DNA from: Macrostomum lignano
Lineage: Eukaryota
NCBI GenBank assembly: GCA_002269645.1
Contig: NIVC01003895.1
Location: forward strand, 1-64,000
DNA: 64,000 nucleotides
Direction of reading: 5' to 3'
Shown: in pieces, positions 11,140 to 23,702 of the stretch
Position numbering within the stretch: position 1 is the first letter of the stretch
Layout: each line of letters begins with the position of its first letter
Notes under the pieces: generated by a model
Told to the model about the DNA's origin: nothing
Database searches by the model: none
The model's input: only the letters and a program-made list of their open reading frames with translations
Made by a program: the position numbers and the translations under genes

Positions 11140-12554
11140 ATGCAGTCCTGGACTCTGCTCACCGGCCTTCTGCTGGGTCTCGCCTGCTGCACGCTTTCTG
11201 CAGATTCCAACGGACAGTCGGGTTACATGGACGTGAGCAGCTTCGCTCGAGTCGGCACCACCACGTTCAAAGGATCGAAGTTGGGCGTCTTTGAAATCGA
11301 TGGCGTTCGCGTTGCCGAGCCGAGAGTTGCTTTCCAGTCCTCATGCAGTGCCGTGAACTTCAACTGGGGGTACAAGAAGTACCAGCTGACTCTGTCGATT
11401 CGCATCGATCCCAACGCGCTCCGATCGCGCAAGGGCTCGTCGAAGAAAGTCGGCCGCGTGTCGATCATCGGGCTGAATGTGAAGGCGGACCAAGGCTTGT
11501 CCAGCCGACAGTCCGGGCTTTCCGTGATGGCGAAGGTAAAAAACTCGGGCAGGAGTGTCGACCTCGTCTTTCTGTGCAGCTCGTTCCGCAGGTGCCAGCA
11601 ACTTACAAACGAGCTCGTGAGCAACCCGTCGAACATCGGCCGGGCGCTGCAGTTTGAAGCTCTCGGCAGAGTCGGCAGCATTCCGGTGAGGTTCGGCTTC
11701 AGGAGCAGCGCCAACCTGCCGAGGCTGAGGTGCAACCGGCACCGCTGGATCGTGTTCCAGAGGCGGGTCGACGGCAGCCTCTCGTTCGCTCAGAACTGGG
11801 ACTCCTATGTGAAGGGATTCGGAAATCCCAGCTCCAACTACTGGATGGGTTAGTTGAGCTGATCAGTGGATATAAAATGCAATTAGAAAGCCCTCGTTCC
11901 AGGGCTCCTTGGTCGTCGATTTCTACGCTCGTTCTGTATCTAAGCTCCTTCCATGCTTGCATAATTAGTTGATAAAGAACGTCAGGTATCTTGTCAACTA
12001 CCTTCCGGTTCTTTTCATGAAATTTCAAACCTTTATTTTAAAGTTTTACAAAGTTTTACAAAAATACTTGGAATTGATAGTGGTTTATTCTCTATTTTCA
12101 AACCACAGGCTTGGACCGTCTGTCCGAGATGACGAAAACAGGTGAAAAGAACGGCTACGCCCTGACTTCCCGGTGCCGGTTGAGAATCGAGGTCCAGAGC
12201 TTCAGCGGCAGGAAGTACAGAGCCGAGTTCCGAATGTTCCAAGTGCTCGGTCCTGAGCAGCAGTACCGCCTGCGCGTCGGACTGCAGGTCGGCAGGTCGG
12301 TGTTGGGCAACGGGTTTCAGGGGCACAACGAGATGAGGTTCAGCACATTCGACCGAGATCACGACACTTGGAAGCATTCGTGCTCTCGAAAGTTTGGCTA
12401 CGGTGGTTGGTGGTTTAACAGTTGCCATAGCGTGAACCTGAACGGAGCCTACGCCACAGACAGGAAGATCACTAACAATCCAACGTACATGAGCTTCGTC
12501 GTGCACGGGAAATACGTTCCAATGCGGCGCACTCTGATGAAATTCAAGTGCTAA
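11140..12554 (+). CDS. Secreted fibrinogen-related domain (FReD) protein, ~384 aa; exons 11140-11848 and 12109-12554
   Basis: Signal-peptide-like MQSWTLLTGLLLGLACCTLSA; FReD motifs WIVFQRRVDGSLSF..W.SY.KGFG...YWMGL, FSTFDRDHD, GGWWFNSCHSVNLNG; a phase-1 GT-AG intron (11849-12108) joins the two ORFs in frame. Confidence 0.92.
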
Positions 12555-13897
12555 TGATCTTATCGCGCTCACACGAGCTGCTGTTCAGCAGACAGTTCTG
12601 ACTCATGACTGCTTATCTTTATTCAAGGCTTCTTGGTGCATGGTGCTTTTCTGAATTCGGGTTAAAAAATTGATTCAATTATTTTGTTTTAGCTTCCTCG
12701 TGTGAGATCATGCTCAAAATTTCAACTAATATGACAAGAGGAAAACGCAAAATAAATAAAATTTATTCTCGTTGATTTTAGATGCACGGTGTTTCGTGAA
12801 GTTTTAATTAATAATTGTGAGATGCGATCAATGTTTTGAATATACAGTGAAAAGTGTATCTTTAAAATCTCGGAAAGCCGCCTTGTTTGTTCTTGCTTTG
12901 CTCTCCAAACAGCGGCATTGGTCTGTCCCATCACAACTTTTATACATATTGGGCGAGGGGCTTCGGAGCACATTCTCGCACCCTTCAGGAACACAGAAAC
13001 AGTCTGTACAAGTATCTGTGAGTTCTGGTACAAGCCAAGCTTCGAACGCTCAAGAGAATATTCGCTTCAGATTATTTCATTGCTACTCGTCAGTAGGCAG
13101 AAACTTCCAGAGAGTTAAAGAGACAAAAGCTCGGCTTGTTTTAGCAAGTGTAGCTTGGTGATCGCTGATTGCGAACCGGCATTATAAGAGCTGGCAGATA
13201 CCTGCAGACAAACATTGATAAGTTCATTAGCTGAGGTTTTTTGAGTTTTGTTTTAACTGCGCGATAGTTGTTAGGTGCAAGACTGTAGTTGCTTTCAATG
13301 AATCTTCGATCCCATTTTGCATCCTCCAAGGTTTTGTTAAACATATAGTTTTCGCTATAACTACTGAGTGCAATTCCCTCACTCAGAAAATTGGACACAG
13401 AGGTGGGTGAATGGCCAATGCTGCACTCTAAAGACGATAATAAAAAAATACATCTTCGCATATCTTGCACGATCATTTGGATATTAAGTCACCAGTTGCA
13501 CAAATTGATGGCATTTGAAGCTCAGTTAGGATTTTTATTGAACAGTTCCGCGTCCATGTACGCTTGACTTGCTGTGTTCAAGGACTTCACTTGCCTGAAC
13601 ACAGCAGCTCGAGCTGGTGAAATTCGCTCAGATTTAAAGCTACAAGGCTGACCCCGTAGCAGAGCATGGCTCTATCAGACACTTCGAGTCAGCCGATGAC
13701 AGTCCCACATTCAGTTGCTCGAATGGACCAAAGACACATTGATGCAGAATTGCAGCACGCCCGCTCCGATGAATGAGAACCCCGGAGACATTTGAAGAAA
13801 TTTAAAAAAAATTCTGTTGGGACTTTTACTGACTGTGCCTTTAGACACTTCGTGATTTCTCGGACTAGCTCAAACCTGCCTTCTGGCTAGTTTACAT

Positions 13898-15452
13898 TGG
13901 TGGTAGCGGTCTCTAAATCAAGCCGGTTCACTCATGGTGCATGAAAATGCACTTTTGCCACCAAAGTTTTCGTGTGCAGACGACACCGACATTAACATAT
14001 GGCTGCAAATTTTTGAAGATTTTTCAGCAGATTCAGGGTGGAACGATGCTAAAATGGCCTCAAAAAGCAAGCTTCTTCTGTGCGGCGAAGCGCTGGTGTT
14101 CGTCTGGGACCTGCCAGAGGACGAGAAGAAAAGCTTCAAGAGTGTAAAAAGCAAATTCATCCAGTTCTACAGCAGCAAGGAAAACTACTACCTCTCCATT
14201 TCAGAGTTTGAGAGATTGCGAAGTGCGACACCGAATGCTGGTACTGCTGCCTTCGAAAGAGGCCGATTGCGACGAAGTCAGCCCTGAACGCTTGGCGGAC
14301 CGCGCCACGACCCTGGAAAGCATCGGCAGCAAAGGAGTCTCTGCAAGCGTTGCAGTGACATCGATTAGCAATCAAGTGTCTGATCGGCTGGAGCAGATTT
14401 AGGAGCAGCTGGCAGACTTGGCCGCGACAGTCGCCACGATCAGCAGCCGTGGCAGTCTACGTGGAAGAAGAAGAGGAGCCGGACGCAAAGGCAGCAGCCG
14501 GGGAAGATGCTTCAACTGCGCTCAGCCAGGCAAATTTCGCGGCTCAGTGCCCCAGCAGGAAGGCCGCACTGAAAGTCAATAGCTTTAGCTCTGAAGTTGT
14601 GACAAAAGTTTATTGAAGTCAACCTTAGATCGGAAACACATTTAATAAGCATCGCAGCATAGCATTTGGGGGTGGGTGACAGAGATAAGGCATGCACGAT
14701 GGAATAGAGAATGAACAACGATGTACACAGAGTACGCGAACCCTCACCAGACAAATAACCCACCCCAAACACTGATCCCAGAGCCCACAGTCCATAAAAG
14801 ATCAGAGTCAGTGGACTCATCAGAGTGAGTCCAACACCGCACCAACCATGCCGTCCGTGCGCGGCCGCTGCTCAGGCAAAGGACACCAAGCCGAGGTCTG
14901 CCCGACACCAGCTTCGGGAAACTTCTGAGGACTGGTGACCGCGGGCCATCACCAGCCCTGCCTAGCACGGCCTAAACCGCTTCCATCTTCCTTCCCTTCA
15001 GCATTGCTGGCCGGCCCTGCAGGTGGCTGTTTGACACCGGTGCGCAGGTGACGCATGGTATCAGCAGGAATCGCTGCTCAGCTGCATTCCACTCTCAGCT
15101 CTCCGGTCGATATCGACGGCTGACGCTCGGAGTCCCCAGGAATTGCAACGCTAGCCATACAGCTGGACGGTCTGCCGCCAACAGAGCATCAGGTGATAGT
15201 GGTCACCGACATTCAGCCAGAATGCGTACTCGGCTTGGATGCCATCGGCAAGATGCTCTCAAGTTTCAGCGTGAACCTGGACGTCTTCTATCCAGCTTGG
15301 TTCAAACAGGATTCCCATTGTCCCTGACAGGAGCCCCACGCCAGCCTGCCGAGTGGTGTTTGGTGGTGCTGCCACTCGAGTCGGCCGTGAAAGTCGTCCA
15401 GGTCGTAGTCGGTCTCAAAGTGCAGAACACTATACTCGTAGTAATGGCGTAG
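13898..15452 (+). mobile_element. Degenerate Ty3/Gypsy element: PBS, gag with Zn-knuckle remnant, aspartic protease
   Basis: ...TACA|TTGGTGGTAGCGGT resembles an LTR end plus tRNA-Leu-type PBS; gag-like ORF 13934 'PPKFS....DINIWLQIFE...W.D..K..KL..LL.GEA'; 'RCFNCAQPG' at ~14505; protease 'IAGRPCRWLFDTGAQVT' at ~15003-15050. Several stops and frameshifts. Confidence 0.8.
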
Positions 15453-16384
15453 AAACCAAAAGGCTCTGATCGTGGCGTAGCAATCCAGATTTTTCATAAT
15501 TATCAGCACGAATTCAAGCAGTACGAGCTATTTTAAATGTCATAAGGTGCTCCGAATTCCGGCACATGCAGCTTGTCGATTCGTAGCCCTTTAGAGCGCC
15601 CAGTCTACCTGTTGATGCTGAGTCATTTACTAGCTAGCATTGTCCGACACTTGCTCGCCTTACGTCAGTGCTCTGATGGCAATTATCCTTCTGTTGCGTT
15701 TCATAGACGCGTATGCCTCTATTTTAAGAAGCGAAAGAGTGACTGACAGGTGCTTCAGATATCAGTTTGTTGATTTGCAGGCCTTTAAAGTATGAGGATA
15801 TGTTTTGCCATCGAAATTTTACCTTTGGAACTCTCAAGCCATCGACATATTGAAATCAATGTCGTGTGTCGTAGCAATTGTCACAGCAGTGACAAGGTTA
15901 TGAGTTTGAGTAGAAAACCGCCTTATTTTCTCACCATAGTCATCATTAGTACGCCGCCAGCTGCTGTGGTTGAAATCCGTATTGAAACAATGTTGTGACA
16001 ATATTATTAAGTTAGACAGAAAATCATAAATTAAGTGATAACCAGATACTTCTGATTCACAAATTACGTTCTGAACGTTAAGCCCCGGCCTATATGGCCA
16101 AGGCCAATCCTTTTCTGGAAACTTAATGACCGGCGAAAGCTTTAATTTGGGTCAGTGCTGAATAATTACAGTTGAACAAGTCTGGAATTGATTTTGTGGT
16201 CATGTCATTTTTTCCTTTTTCTGCCGTTATGCTTTGTTTTAATTTTTGTTGTCTTAATCGATGTCATATAAATTCTCCGTAGACTGACTGTCGTTTGGCG
16301 AATGCCTCGTTGCTTATACCGGTATAGTTTGTTTTGTGAGTGCACTGTGGATATCTGTAGATTATCTGATTTGTTTTGTAAATT

Positions 16385-16612
16385 TACATTGGCTTAAATG
16401 CTTTTTAATGAAGGTCTTGTTGCTTACATGCTTTTTGATGTAGGTCCTGTTGCTTACATGCTTTGTGATGTAGGTCCTGTTGCTTACATGCTTTGTGATG
16501 TAGGTCCTGTTGCTTACATGCTTTGTGATGTAGGTCCTGTTGCTTAAATGCTTTGTGATGTAGGTCCTGTTGCTTACATGCTTTGTGATGTAGGTCCTGT
16601 TGTTTACATGCT
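16385..16612. repeat. 30-bp minisatellite (TAGGTCCTGTTGCTTACATGCTTTGTGATG)
   Basis: Period 30, visible at 16441, 16471, 16501 and onward. Confidence 0.95.
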
Positions 16613-16649
16613 GTCGTTTTGGATACTCCATAGCCTACCTAGCCCCGTA

Positions 16650-17005
16650 GCTTAGGTAATTCGTTTTGTGATAGACCACTAGCTTAGATAATTTGTTTTG
16701 TGATAGACCAGTAGCTTAGGTAATTTGTTTTGTGATAGACCAGTAGCTTAGATAATTTGTTTTGTGATAGACCAGTAGCTTAGGTAATTTGTTTTGTGAT
16801 AGACCAGTAGCTTAGGTAATTTGTTTTGTGATAGACCAGTAGCTTAGGTAATTTGTTTTGTGATAGACCAGTAGCTTAGGTAATTTGTTTTGTGATAGAC
16901 CAGTAGCTTAGGTAATTCGTTTTTTGATAGACCAAGCTTAGGTATTTGTTTTGTATTAGACCAGTAGCTTAGGTAATTTGTTTTTTGTTAGACCAGTAGC
17001 TTAGA
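16650..17005. repeat. 32-bp minisatellite (AGCTTAGGTAATTTGTTTTGTGATAGACCAGT)
   Basis: AGCTT recurs at 16681, 16713 and onward. Confidence 0.93.
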
Positions 17006-17429
17006 TAGTTTGTCTTTTCTTTTCCTTGCTTTCGTTAATTTTTGCTTAAAATTATAATTTATCCCAGATTTTCAGACTTGACTGGATCAAGCAGTGATTA
17101 GTTAGAAGTTTAGAAATTCCTATTTGTGTTTTACTTTGATATTTTACGCAACTAAATTGGTTTGAACTGCTTTTAGATAGTTTTTTTATGAGTCTAAAGC
17201 AATTACACAAGAAGAAAACACGATAGCTGGTATTTTGTGACGAAAAAGGATATAACTTTTCTATTAATCAAGACGAGTTCTATCATTATTCTATAATTTT
17301 CGGCAACTCACGAGCTGACGAGCGCGCTATTCTTGTGCCGACATGTACTGCCTCGCTCACTTGGACCATTCACCTCAGCTGATGTTTGGCAGCTTGTGCT
17401 GTGACGGAGTGACCAAGGTCTCGCATGCT

Positions 17430-18340
17430 GAACCAGCTGCCCCAGGGTGGTTAAAGATGCGCACCAAAAGTAAATGAGACTGGACTCTCAACCATCTACG
17501 GGCAAAGATTCAAGGGCACCTGTAGTCTAGTCATGGCCGATCTAAGGGTCTCTGCGATGGTATCGACTGAACAGCCCAACAGAGAAATGCTGGTTCGACC
17601 CCCTACTACCAGGACCTCTCGACCAATAGAATAATTTCTCAACAGTACCGCTCTAACTAAAAATTCCAAAAATATTAACGGATCCTACCCCAGAAACTCG
17701 CCATGTTTTCTCAACCTATCGAATCGCAAAGGGCTGAAGCCCCATCTGCAATAATCACACGTCACCACACGCGATCCTCTCCAACTATGGACACTAGCTC
17801 TGGACACTCATTCTTGTGTGTCGAATGGACACACTTCCACAAGTCATGAACACCCATTTCTCAGTGTCATCGGGTACTCATCCCCAAGTCATGGACACCC
17901 ATTTATGAGTGTCATTGGGTACTCATCCCCAAGTCATGGACACCCATTTCTGAGTGTCATTGGGTACTCATCCCAGAGTCATGGACACCAATTTATGAGT
18001 GTCATTGGGTACTCATCCTCAAGTCACGGACACCCATTTCTGAGTGTCATTGGGTACTCCTCCTCAAGTCATGGACACCCATTTCTGAGTGTCATTGGGT
18101 ACTCATCCCCATGTCATGGACACCAATTTATTAGTGTCATTGGGTACTCATCCTCAAGTCACGGACACCCATTTCTGAGTTTCATTGGGTACTCATCCTC
18201 AAGTCATGGACACCCATTTCTGAGTGTCATTGGGTACTCATCCCCAAGTCATGGACACTCACCAAAAGGACTTCCTAACCCCCTGACCCGTCTCCGACAT
18301 GCCAATCAGCGACGTGCGCCAGACCGACTCTTTCTACCTT
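17430..18340 (+). mobile_element. Possible remnant of a Gypsy integrase C-terminal tail carrying a minisatellite
   Basis: 'LRAKIQG' (~17500) resembles the LxPKFxGPY motif and 'LRHANQRRAPDRL' (~18290-18330) resembles the LRRS.R.R..P.RL end of Gypsy pol; highly decayed. Confidence 0.35.
17846..18258. repeat. 45-bp minisatellite (AAGTCATGGACACCCATTTCTGAGTGTCATTGGGTACTCATCCCC), ~9 copies
   Basis: 15-aa periodicity in ORF 17818-18396. Confidence 0.95.
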
Positions 18341-18759
18341 CCTACCGCTCCTTGGGTAGGGATGCCTTAGAGTCATCGGCTGTATTATCTCACTGAAGCC
18401 ATGCTCTCGTATCCTTACAAGAACCGAAGGTGTGTAAGCATGTGCACATGATGCTCTCAAATGGCATGACTTTAAAGCTGCCTCAACGTTTTTTGAGCAA
18501 ATGCTCCGCTGTTTTGTCTATGACCATGTTTTTATTCTTACTGACTGGAGCAATTGCTCTGCAGCCGAGAACTTTCTCATGAATCTGAGTTGGAGCATTT
18601 GCTCAGTTTATTCATACGGCCTAATTTTTTTATTTCCACTCCCAGATGTCAGCTTTTCCACGGTGTTTTTCACGGTAGACAATGGCTCTTTAAGCCTACA
18701 AAATATCGTCAATGCAGAAGGGACTGTCAACTTAGAATTTTAATGGAAAAGGCTAATTA

Positions 18760-19037
18760 ACACAGCGGATATCCGCGTGCCGGTGTCGAATACCAGTGCG
18801 TTGGACTGAAGGCAGAGCAGCTCAGCGGTAGAGTGTACATGACTGACGATTAGAGTGCTGTGCCTGCGTACAGCACTGGTGCGCTTGTATGTGCTCAGGA
18901 GCCAGCGGAATGGAAAGAATTGCCTCGGACGAATGTCTCTGAAAGCGTTGTTCCAGGATGCCCACAGCGCATCATTAATATTTTTATTTTCATTACTACT
19001 ACTATTGCTACTATTATTATTAATATTATTATTATAT
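18760..19037 (+). mobile_element. Diverged SINE related to the SINE at 51393-51803, with a (TAC/TAT)n tail
   Basis: Shares blocks with 51555-51740 (AGTGTACATG; TGTGCCTGCGTA; GCGCTTGTATG..GCTCAGG..GCGGAATGG; CCAGG.TGC.CACA); B-box-like GGTGTCGAATACC at ~18781; simple-repeat tail. Confidence 0.6.
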
Positions 19038-19111
19038 TCTGAAAATTTAACTTGGGCCGGCAATAAGTGAAGGTAAAATATCATTTGAAAACCATTTCTC
19101 TCTACGTCAGA

Positions 19112-19247
19112 CAGGGTTTTTACAGTCGGAATTTCAAGTCGAATCCAGTCTATAGACAATGCTGGACTAGATTAGAACTAGCCTAGACTAGATTTCAAAT
19201 CCGATTTGATTTGACTTGAAATTCCGACTGGAAAACCCCCCCCCCTG
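19112..19247. mobile_element. Small MITE-like foldback (~135 bp) with ~30-bp TIRs
   Basis: GGGTTTTTACAGTCGGAATTTCAAGTCGAATC vs reverse complement GGGTTTTCCAGTCGGAATTTCAAGTCAAATC; CAGGG...CCCTG ends; no TSD found. Confidence 0.65.
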
Positions 19248-21359
19248 CGGGAACTTCTCATAGACCCCTGCAGACCACGTCTAAGAAGTGGCAAAAATTT
19301 GAGCTCCTGTCAATCCATTGTTGGATTGGGGCGTCGCTAAATTGCCGCGAGGAGATCTCTTAAAACAGCGGATGCTGGAAACAAAGTCGCGTCCGACTGT
19401 CCGAACACTTTTCCAACTATCTGACTCCCTGAAATAAGCTGTCTAAATCTCCGGATCAAAGTTCTTTGCTGCTTGTTAATTGCGCGTCGAATGTGCTGAA
19501 CTGCTTTTTCTTAAAAAATGCAGAAAAACCCACTGGCAAATTTGTTGTTTAAACAGAACAGTACTGTTTTTGTCGAAGGCATCGCTTAATTACAGCAAAA
19601 GCCAACATACTCATCTACAAGATGCTTTTTTCAGCGCATTGGTTGCTGCATGATGTGTTCCGATTGAATGTTGAAAGATGCATTTAACTACTTTTTGAAG
19701 AGACCGCTGTTTTCGATATTCTTTTTGAATTAGTACACGTGCATGATGTCAGGTAAACAAGCAAATACGAGCAACACAATCAATTTTCTCAGTGGCTAAA
19801 TTATTAAAGCACTATTGTTTTAAATTGCTTTCAGTTCGTGTAAAAAACAAAAATGTGTTTTTCAAAAAGTTCTTTTCAGAAAATATTCAGGTAAGGTATG
19901 ACAGCTATTATTTACTTCAGAAATGTAATGAGCACTACATTTGAGAGCCAGCAAGTGTTTAAAAAGCATCTGACATTTTGTTGATTAACCATTATCTCAT
20001 GTAAAGGAATAGTAATATTGATAGTATGATGGGTTCGGCCTTTTTAAGCCTACAGCTTCAGGCCTCAGAACTCAGAAATGAATCACTTAGAACTCTGGCC
20101 TCTTACTCCTGTCAGATGGTCAGCCCCATGGTAGCTAGATTGTGGGCGAGCAGCAAGGTCCTATAGCTAAGAGAAGACAGCGAGAGACAAGCAGGGAGAA
20201 TTTGAAAGGTAGAGATTAGCTAATCCGCAGATCAACTAACCCGCTGCCACCAGCCCGTGCGCCCCGGCTCACCAAACCGGAGCTATCGAAATCGGACTTC
20301 CGACTAGAGGGGCACTGCACTTACCTGCCATCTAGTGTCTTTTAGCTGTCTAAATCTCGAAAAGTGATAGCTGAATAGAAGGGACGCTGCTGGGACTAAG
20401 ATCGCATTGGCCATGCAGGGACAGAGAGGACTTTTGCAGGGGGTTCTTGCGCTGGCGAGCCTTCATACACTACTAAAAGTACTATTTAATTACCAAATTT
20501 CCAGAAGTACATGTACAAGTACACGTAACTGCACGCTTTTGGCACTAAATGTGTTAACACGTCGACAGATAGCGATGATGTAGATGCATTGTTACTTTTG
20601 GAGACCGTTAGACTAATATTTAACTTTGTTTAGCCGCTTAGCTGCCTGAGACTGCACGAAAGTGCCAGTCTGGCACTGAATTCGCATGCTTATCATGATT
20701 TCTGAGATCAACTGATTGACTGGGAACTGCGCCGCTTCCGGTCCACTGTGACCCCTGCCTCTAGATCTAGTCGCTCATCTCAGCTGGCATTGCGAAGAAA
20801 GAAAGAACACGCTAAGTCTTTAATTTCCAGATTTAACTTTCTCACTTAATCCGCAATCCTTGACACTTTAGATTGAGTTGGAGCGAATGGCTACTTTTAA
20901 TATTAACTGACACTTCTGCCTCGAGATTGGCACACAAAAGCAAGTAAGCAAAAGTGCAAATCCTATCGGACTACCTAGGAAGGGGTCAGACAAAGGGCGC
21001 ACCCAGTTAAGCAGGTCAAGAGAGCCTCTCACCAAACCAATCAGAGGACCTATCTGCCGGTAGCCAAGGAATCCACAGAGACCGAAGCGCTCAGACGGGA
21101 TGCTGCTGCCGATCTTAACTGATGCGTGACGCCGTTGCTCTTCACTTGCCGGTGGTTGACGCTGCTCTTAGCTCACGGCCAGGAAGTACTGACGATGCCT
21201 TTCAGGGGGGTCTTGGCTGTAGTAGCCGAAGTTGCCGGGGGAAAAAGGACCAGACGTCGAAGACGCTGCAGAAGCCGACGGGGATCAGGTTGGCAGGTCT
21301 GGCCAAGGCCAAGGCAAGGAAAACGACCGGGTTTACTAGAGCGCGGGTCGAGTTGCCGC

Positions 21360-21490
21360 CTTTTATAGCTCTCACGAGGCCGATTTGTTATAACGCACGC
21401 CGAATTTTCCGATTGGCTGAGAGCTTAAAATAGGCGCCGAATCTTCTGATTGGTCGAGCCGGGGGCAGTCAGGTCGTCTCTGATTAGCTG
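21360..21490 (-). promoter_or_regulatory. Candidate Pol II promoter (three CCAAT-like boxes plus TATA box)
   Basis: Minus strand: CTAATCA (~21482), CCAATCAG (~21448), CCAATCGG (~21411), then CTATAAAAGG (~21359-21368). Confidence 0.5.
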
Positions 21491-22129
21491 AGCTCAAGAC
21501 CCCAAAACCCACCCCACCAGGTGGCCTTCAGACCACAGGAAAGATGACAGGTGCGGTCATAAATCATGCGCAAAACATAATAAAAGCCACTTGTCTAGAC
21601 ATCCTGGCGCCAAAAGTGACAGCAAAACACCCATAAATTAAAGGAGAAAGTAACAGAGCGAGTGGGGAGAAAGCTAGAAAGACCTCTTTGACCCAGAAAG
21701 GCTGGAGCCAAAAGTGACAGCTAGACGGCCATAAATCACTGAAATCAGTGAAAAAGCCGCAAATCTGGGGTCAGAATGGGGTTGAAACCATTCCTCCCAG
21801 ACTTGTGTCGCCCGTCTAGACTGCTAGAGGTCAATCCGTCTCAAACCCAGACAGTCTGACCTTCAAAGATGCGTAAACAATCCAAAATTAGAATCCTAAG
21901 AGAAGTACATTGAGTATTTATCATAATTAATAGTGATAGCATAAATTAGTGTAGAACTTAGCCTGGGTGAGAGAATGGAGAGAGATTCCTAAGCTAGCCT
22001 ACTGACAGTAGGGGAAAAGCGCATCGAAACGAAATGTGCGGTTTTAAGATTGAAAAAAGATGCGTCCTCATCAAATAATAATGATACTGATTACACCTGC
22101 CCCAGTGGGCAGATGTGCAATCGACAGCT

Positions 22130-22384
22130 CGATCAGCCGCAGCTATTGCGCGGCGCATCTGAAGGCTGCGTACGGCTGTTTAGTCTAAGGACTGGGGTGT
22201 CGGGTCGCCACACACCCTCAATTACCCCAGCTAATGCTGGCACCTATTTTACGGCTGGGAGGACTGAACCAATGCAGAGTTAAGTGTCTTGCTCAAGGAC
22301 ACAAATTGTTTCGAGTTGGTCGAGAATCGAACCCCCGACCTTTTAGTCGTGAGTCCGACGCTCTAACCACTATAGGCTACAACC
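22130..22384 (-). mobile_element. tRNA-derived SINE with CORE-like domain
   Basis: Minus strand: A-box GTAGCCTATAGTGGTTAGAGC, B-box GGTTCGATTC, then GTGTCCTTGAGCAAGACACTTAAC...GTAAAATAGG, which resembles the MIR/CORE-SINE core GTGACCTTGGGCAAGTCACTTAAC...GTAAAATGGG. Confidence 0.75.
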
Positions 22385-22512
22385 CCAAAGGAAAGTGCTC
22401 GTGATAGAATGGATTATCGCATGTGATCATTTAGGCATGCAATAACGATAAAAAGTTTCGATGTTGGACTCGTGTATTGTTCAGCGCTTAAAGAATTGCA
22501 GACTAAGGTGCC

Positions 22513-23702
22513 TTACACACCTGACTTTGGAATCAGATTCTTGCACCAGCTGCTGAGTCCATCGAGCTGCTGCAGATCGAACAGACCCTCCGCAATGGCA
22601 AAGCATTCAATCCAGCCTTGAATCGAGTTCTGAAACCGTGGAAATTTTCCCGAACTATTAATGAACCGTCGCTTCTTCTGCTCATACGGATCGTCGAAGC
22701 GAAAGATGAGCTTGTCTTTTTCAGGATCAAACAACACCAGGCTTGCGAAACCTCCAAAACTGCAATTGTGCAGGCTGAAAACCACCGAGCGTGCAGCACT
22801 GCAAGCGATGGGTTCGGAAAGCAAATGTGCGGTTGGTGGCAAACACTTTAAAATTCTTATTTGCAACCAATGCAACTACACTTTTATGTTACAGATGTAC
22901 TTTCTAAAGTACTCACCTCGAGTTGAATTCGTACTTGGCTCGCATGAACACGGTTACGTTGGGCTCGGGCACAAACAGGTCCTCGATTCCGTTGGCCGTG
23001 CTCACACCGATGAAGGAGTCAGACTCTCCCGTCACGAACGCGCCCGCAGACCTGTTGAGCACAGCCGACACGAGCACCGGAGTGTGCGGATTCCGGTGCA
23101 CAGGCGCCAGGTTGAACGAGCCCACACGGAAGTGGTACAGAATCCGCAGCGAGCTCACCGCGATGCTGCTGGGCAGGTCGGTCGTGTGAGCTGCAATTCG
23201 ATAACGATGTGAGTACAGCTGCAGTCACGCACTGCATGGGCACAGCTGCAGTCACACACTGCATGGGCACAGCTGCAGTCACACACTGCATGGGCACAGC
23301 TGCAGTCACGCACTGCATTGGCACAGCTGCAGTCACTCATGACTTCTCACCCTGCTGGAACTTTGCCAGCCTTCGCCTGTTCACAAACGAGTCGCACTGG
23401 CCGTGTCCGTACAGCCATGCAGTGAGGAAGGCCTCGGCAGTCGCCAGCAGACACCAGTGATGCTCAGCGACCATGCTGGCAGCTGCACAGCTCTCTGTCG
23501 TGTGGCAGCTCAGCACGCAGCCAGCGATGCTGCGTTCAGGCAGTTGATGAGGATCCAGCTTCCGCACTCCATCAGCGGGCAGGTCGTCAGACGGACAGGC
23601 GTGCAGTTTGTCGTAGTCGGCGAGTCGGGACGCCGAGGAGACGGCGATGAGGCAGCAGAGCAGCGGCAGAAGATGGCGGAGAGAGCACGTCTTTTGGTTC
23701 AT
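22513..23702 (-). CDS. Secreted PAN/apple-like + LamG/ConA-like protein; exons 23702-23351, 23190-22917, 22798-22513
   Basis: Signal-like N-terminus; Cys pattern C-x3-C-x5-C...C typical of PAN/apple; GT-AG introns give one frame (exon 2 is 274 bp, as in the paralog); the C-terminus 'GWIECFAIAEGL...QL..L..WC' resembles a LamG end. Domain calls are motif-level inference. Confidence 0.75.
23213..23338. repeat. 27-bp minisatellite in intron 1 of the PAN gene (same family as 40775-41308)
   Basis: CAGCTGCAGTCACGCACTGCATGGGCA, ~4.5 copies; reverse complement of the unit at 40775. Confidence 0.95.

Noticed and set aside
12700-13740. Possible decayed DNA-transposon protein with a Cys-rich tail on the minus strand
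   Set aside because: Multiple stops and only vague motif similarity; cannot be supported without a profile search.
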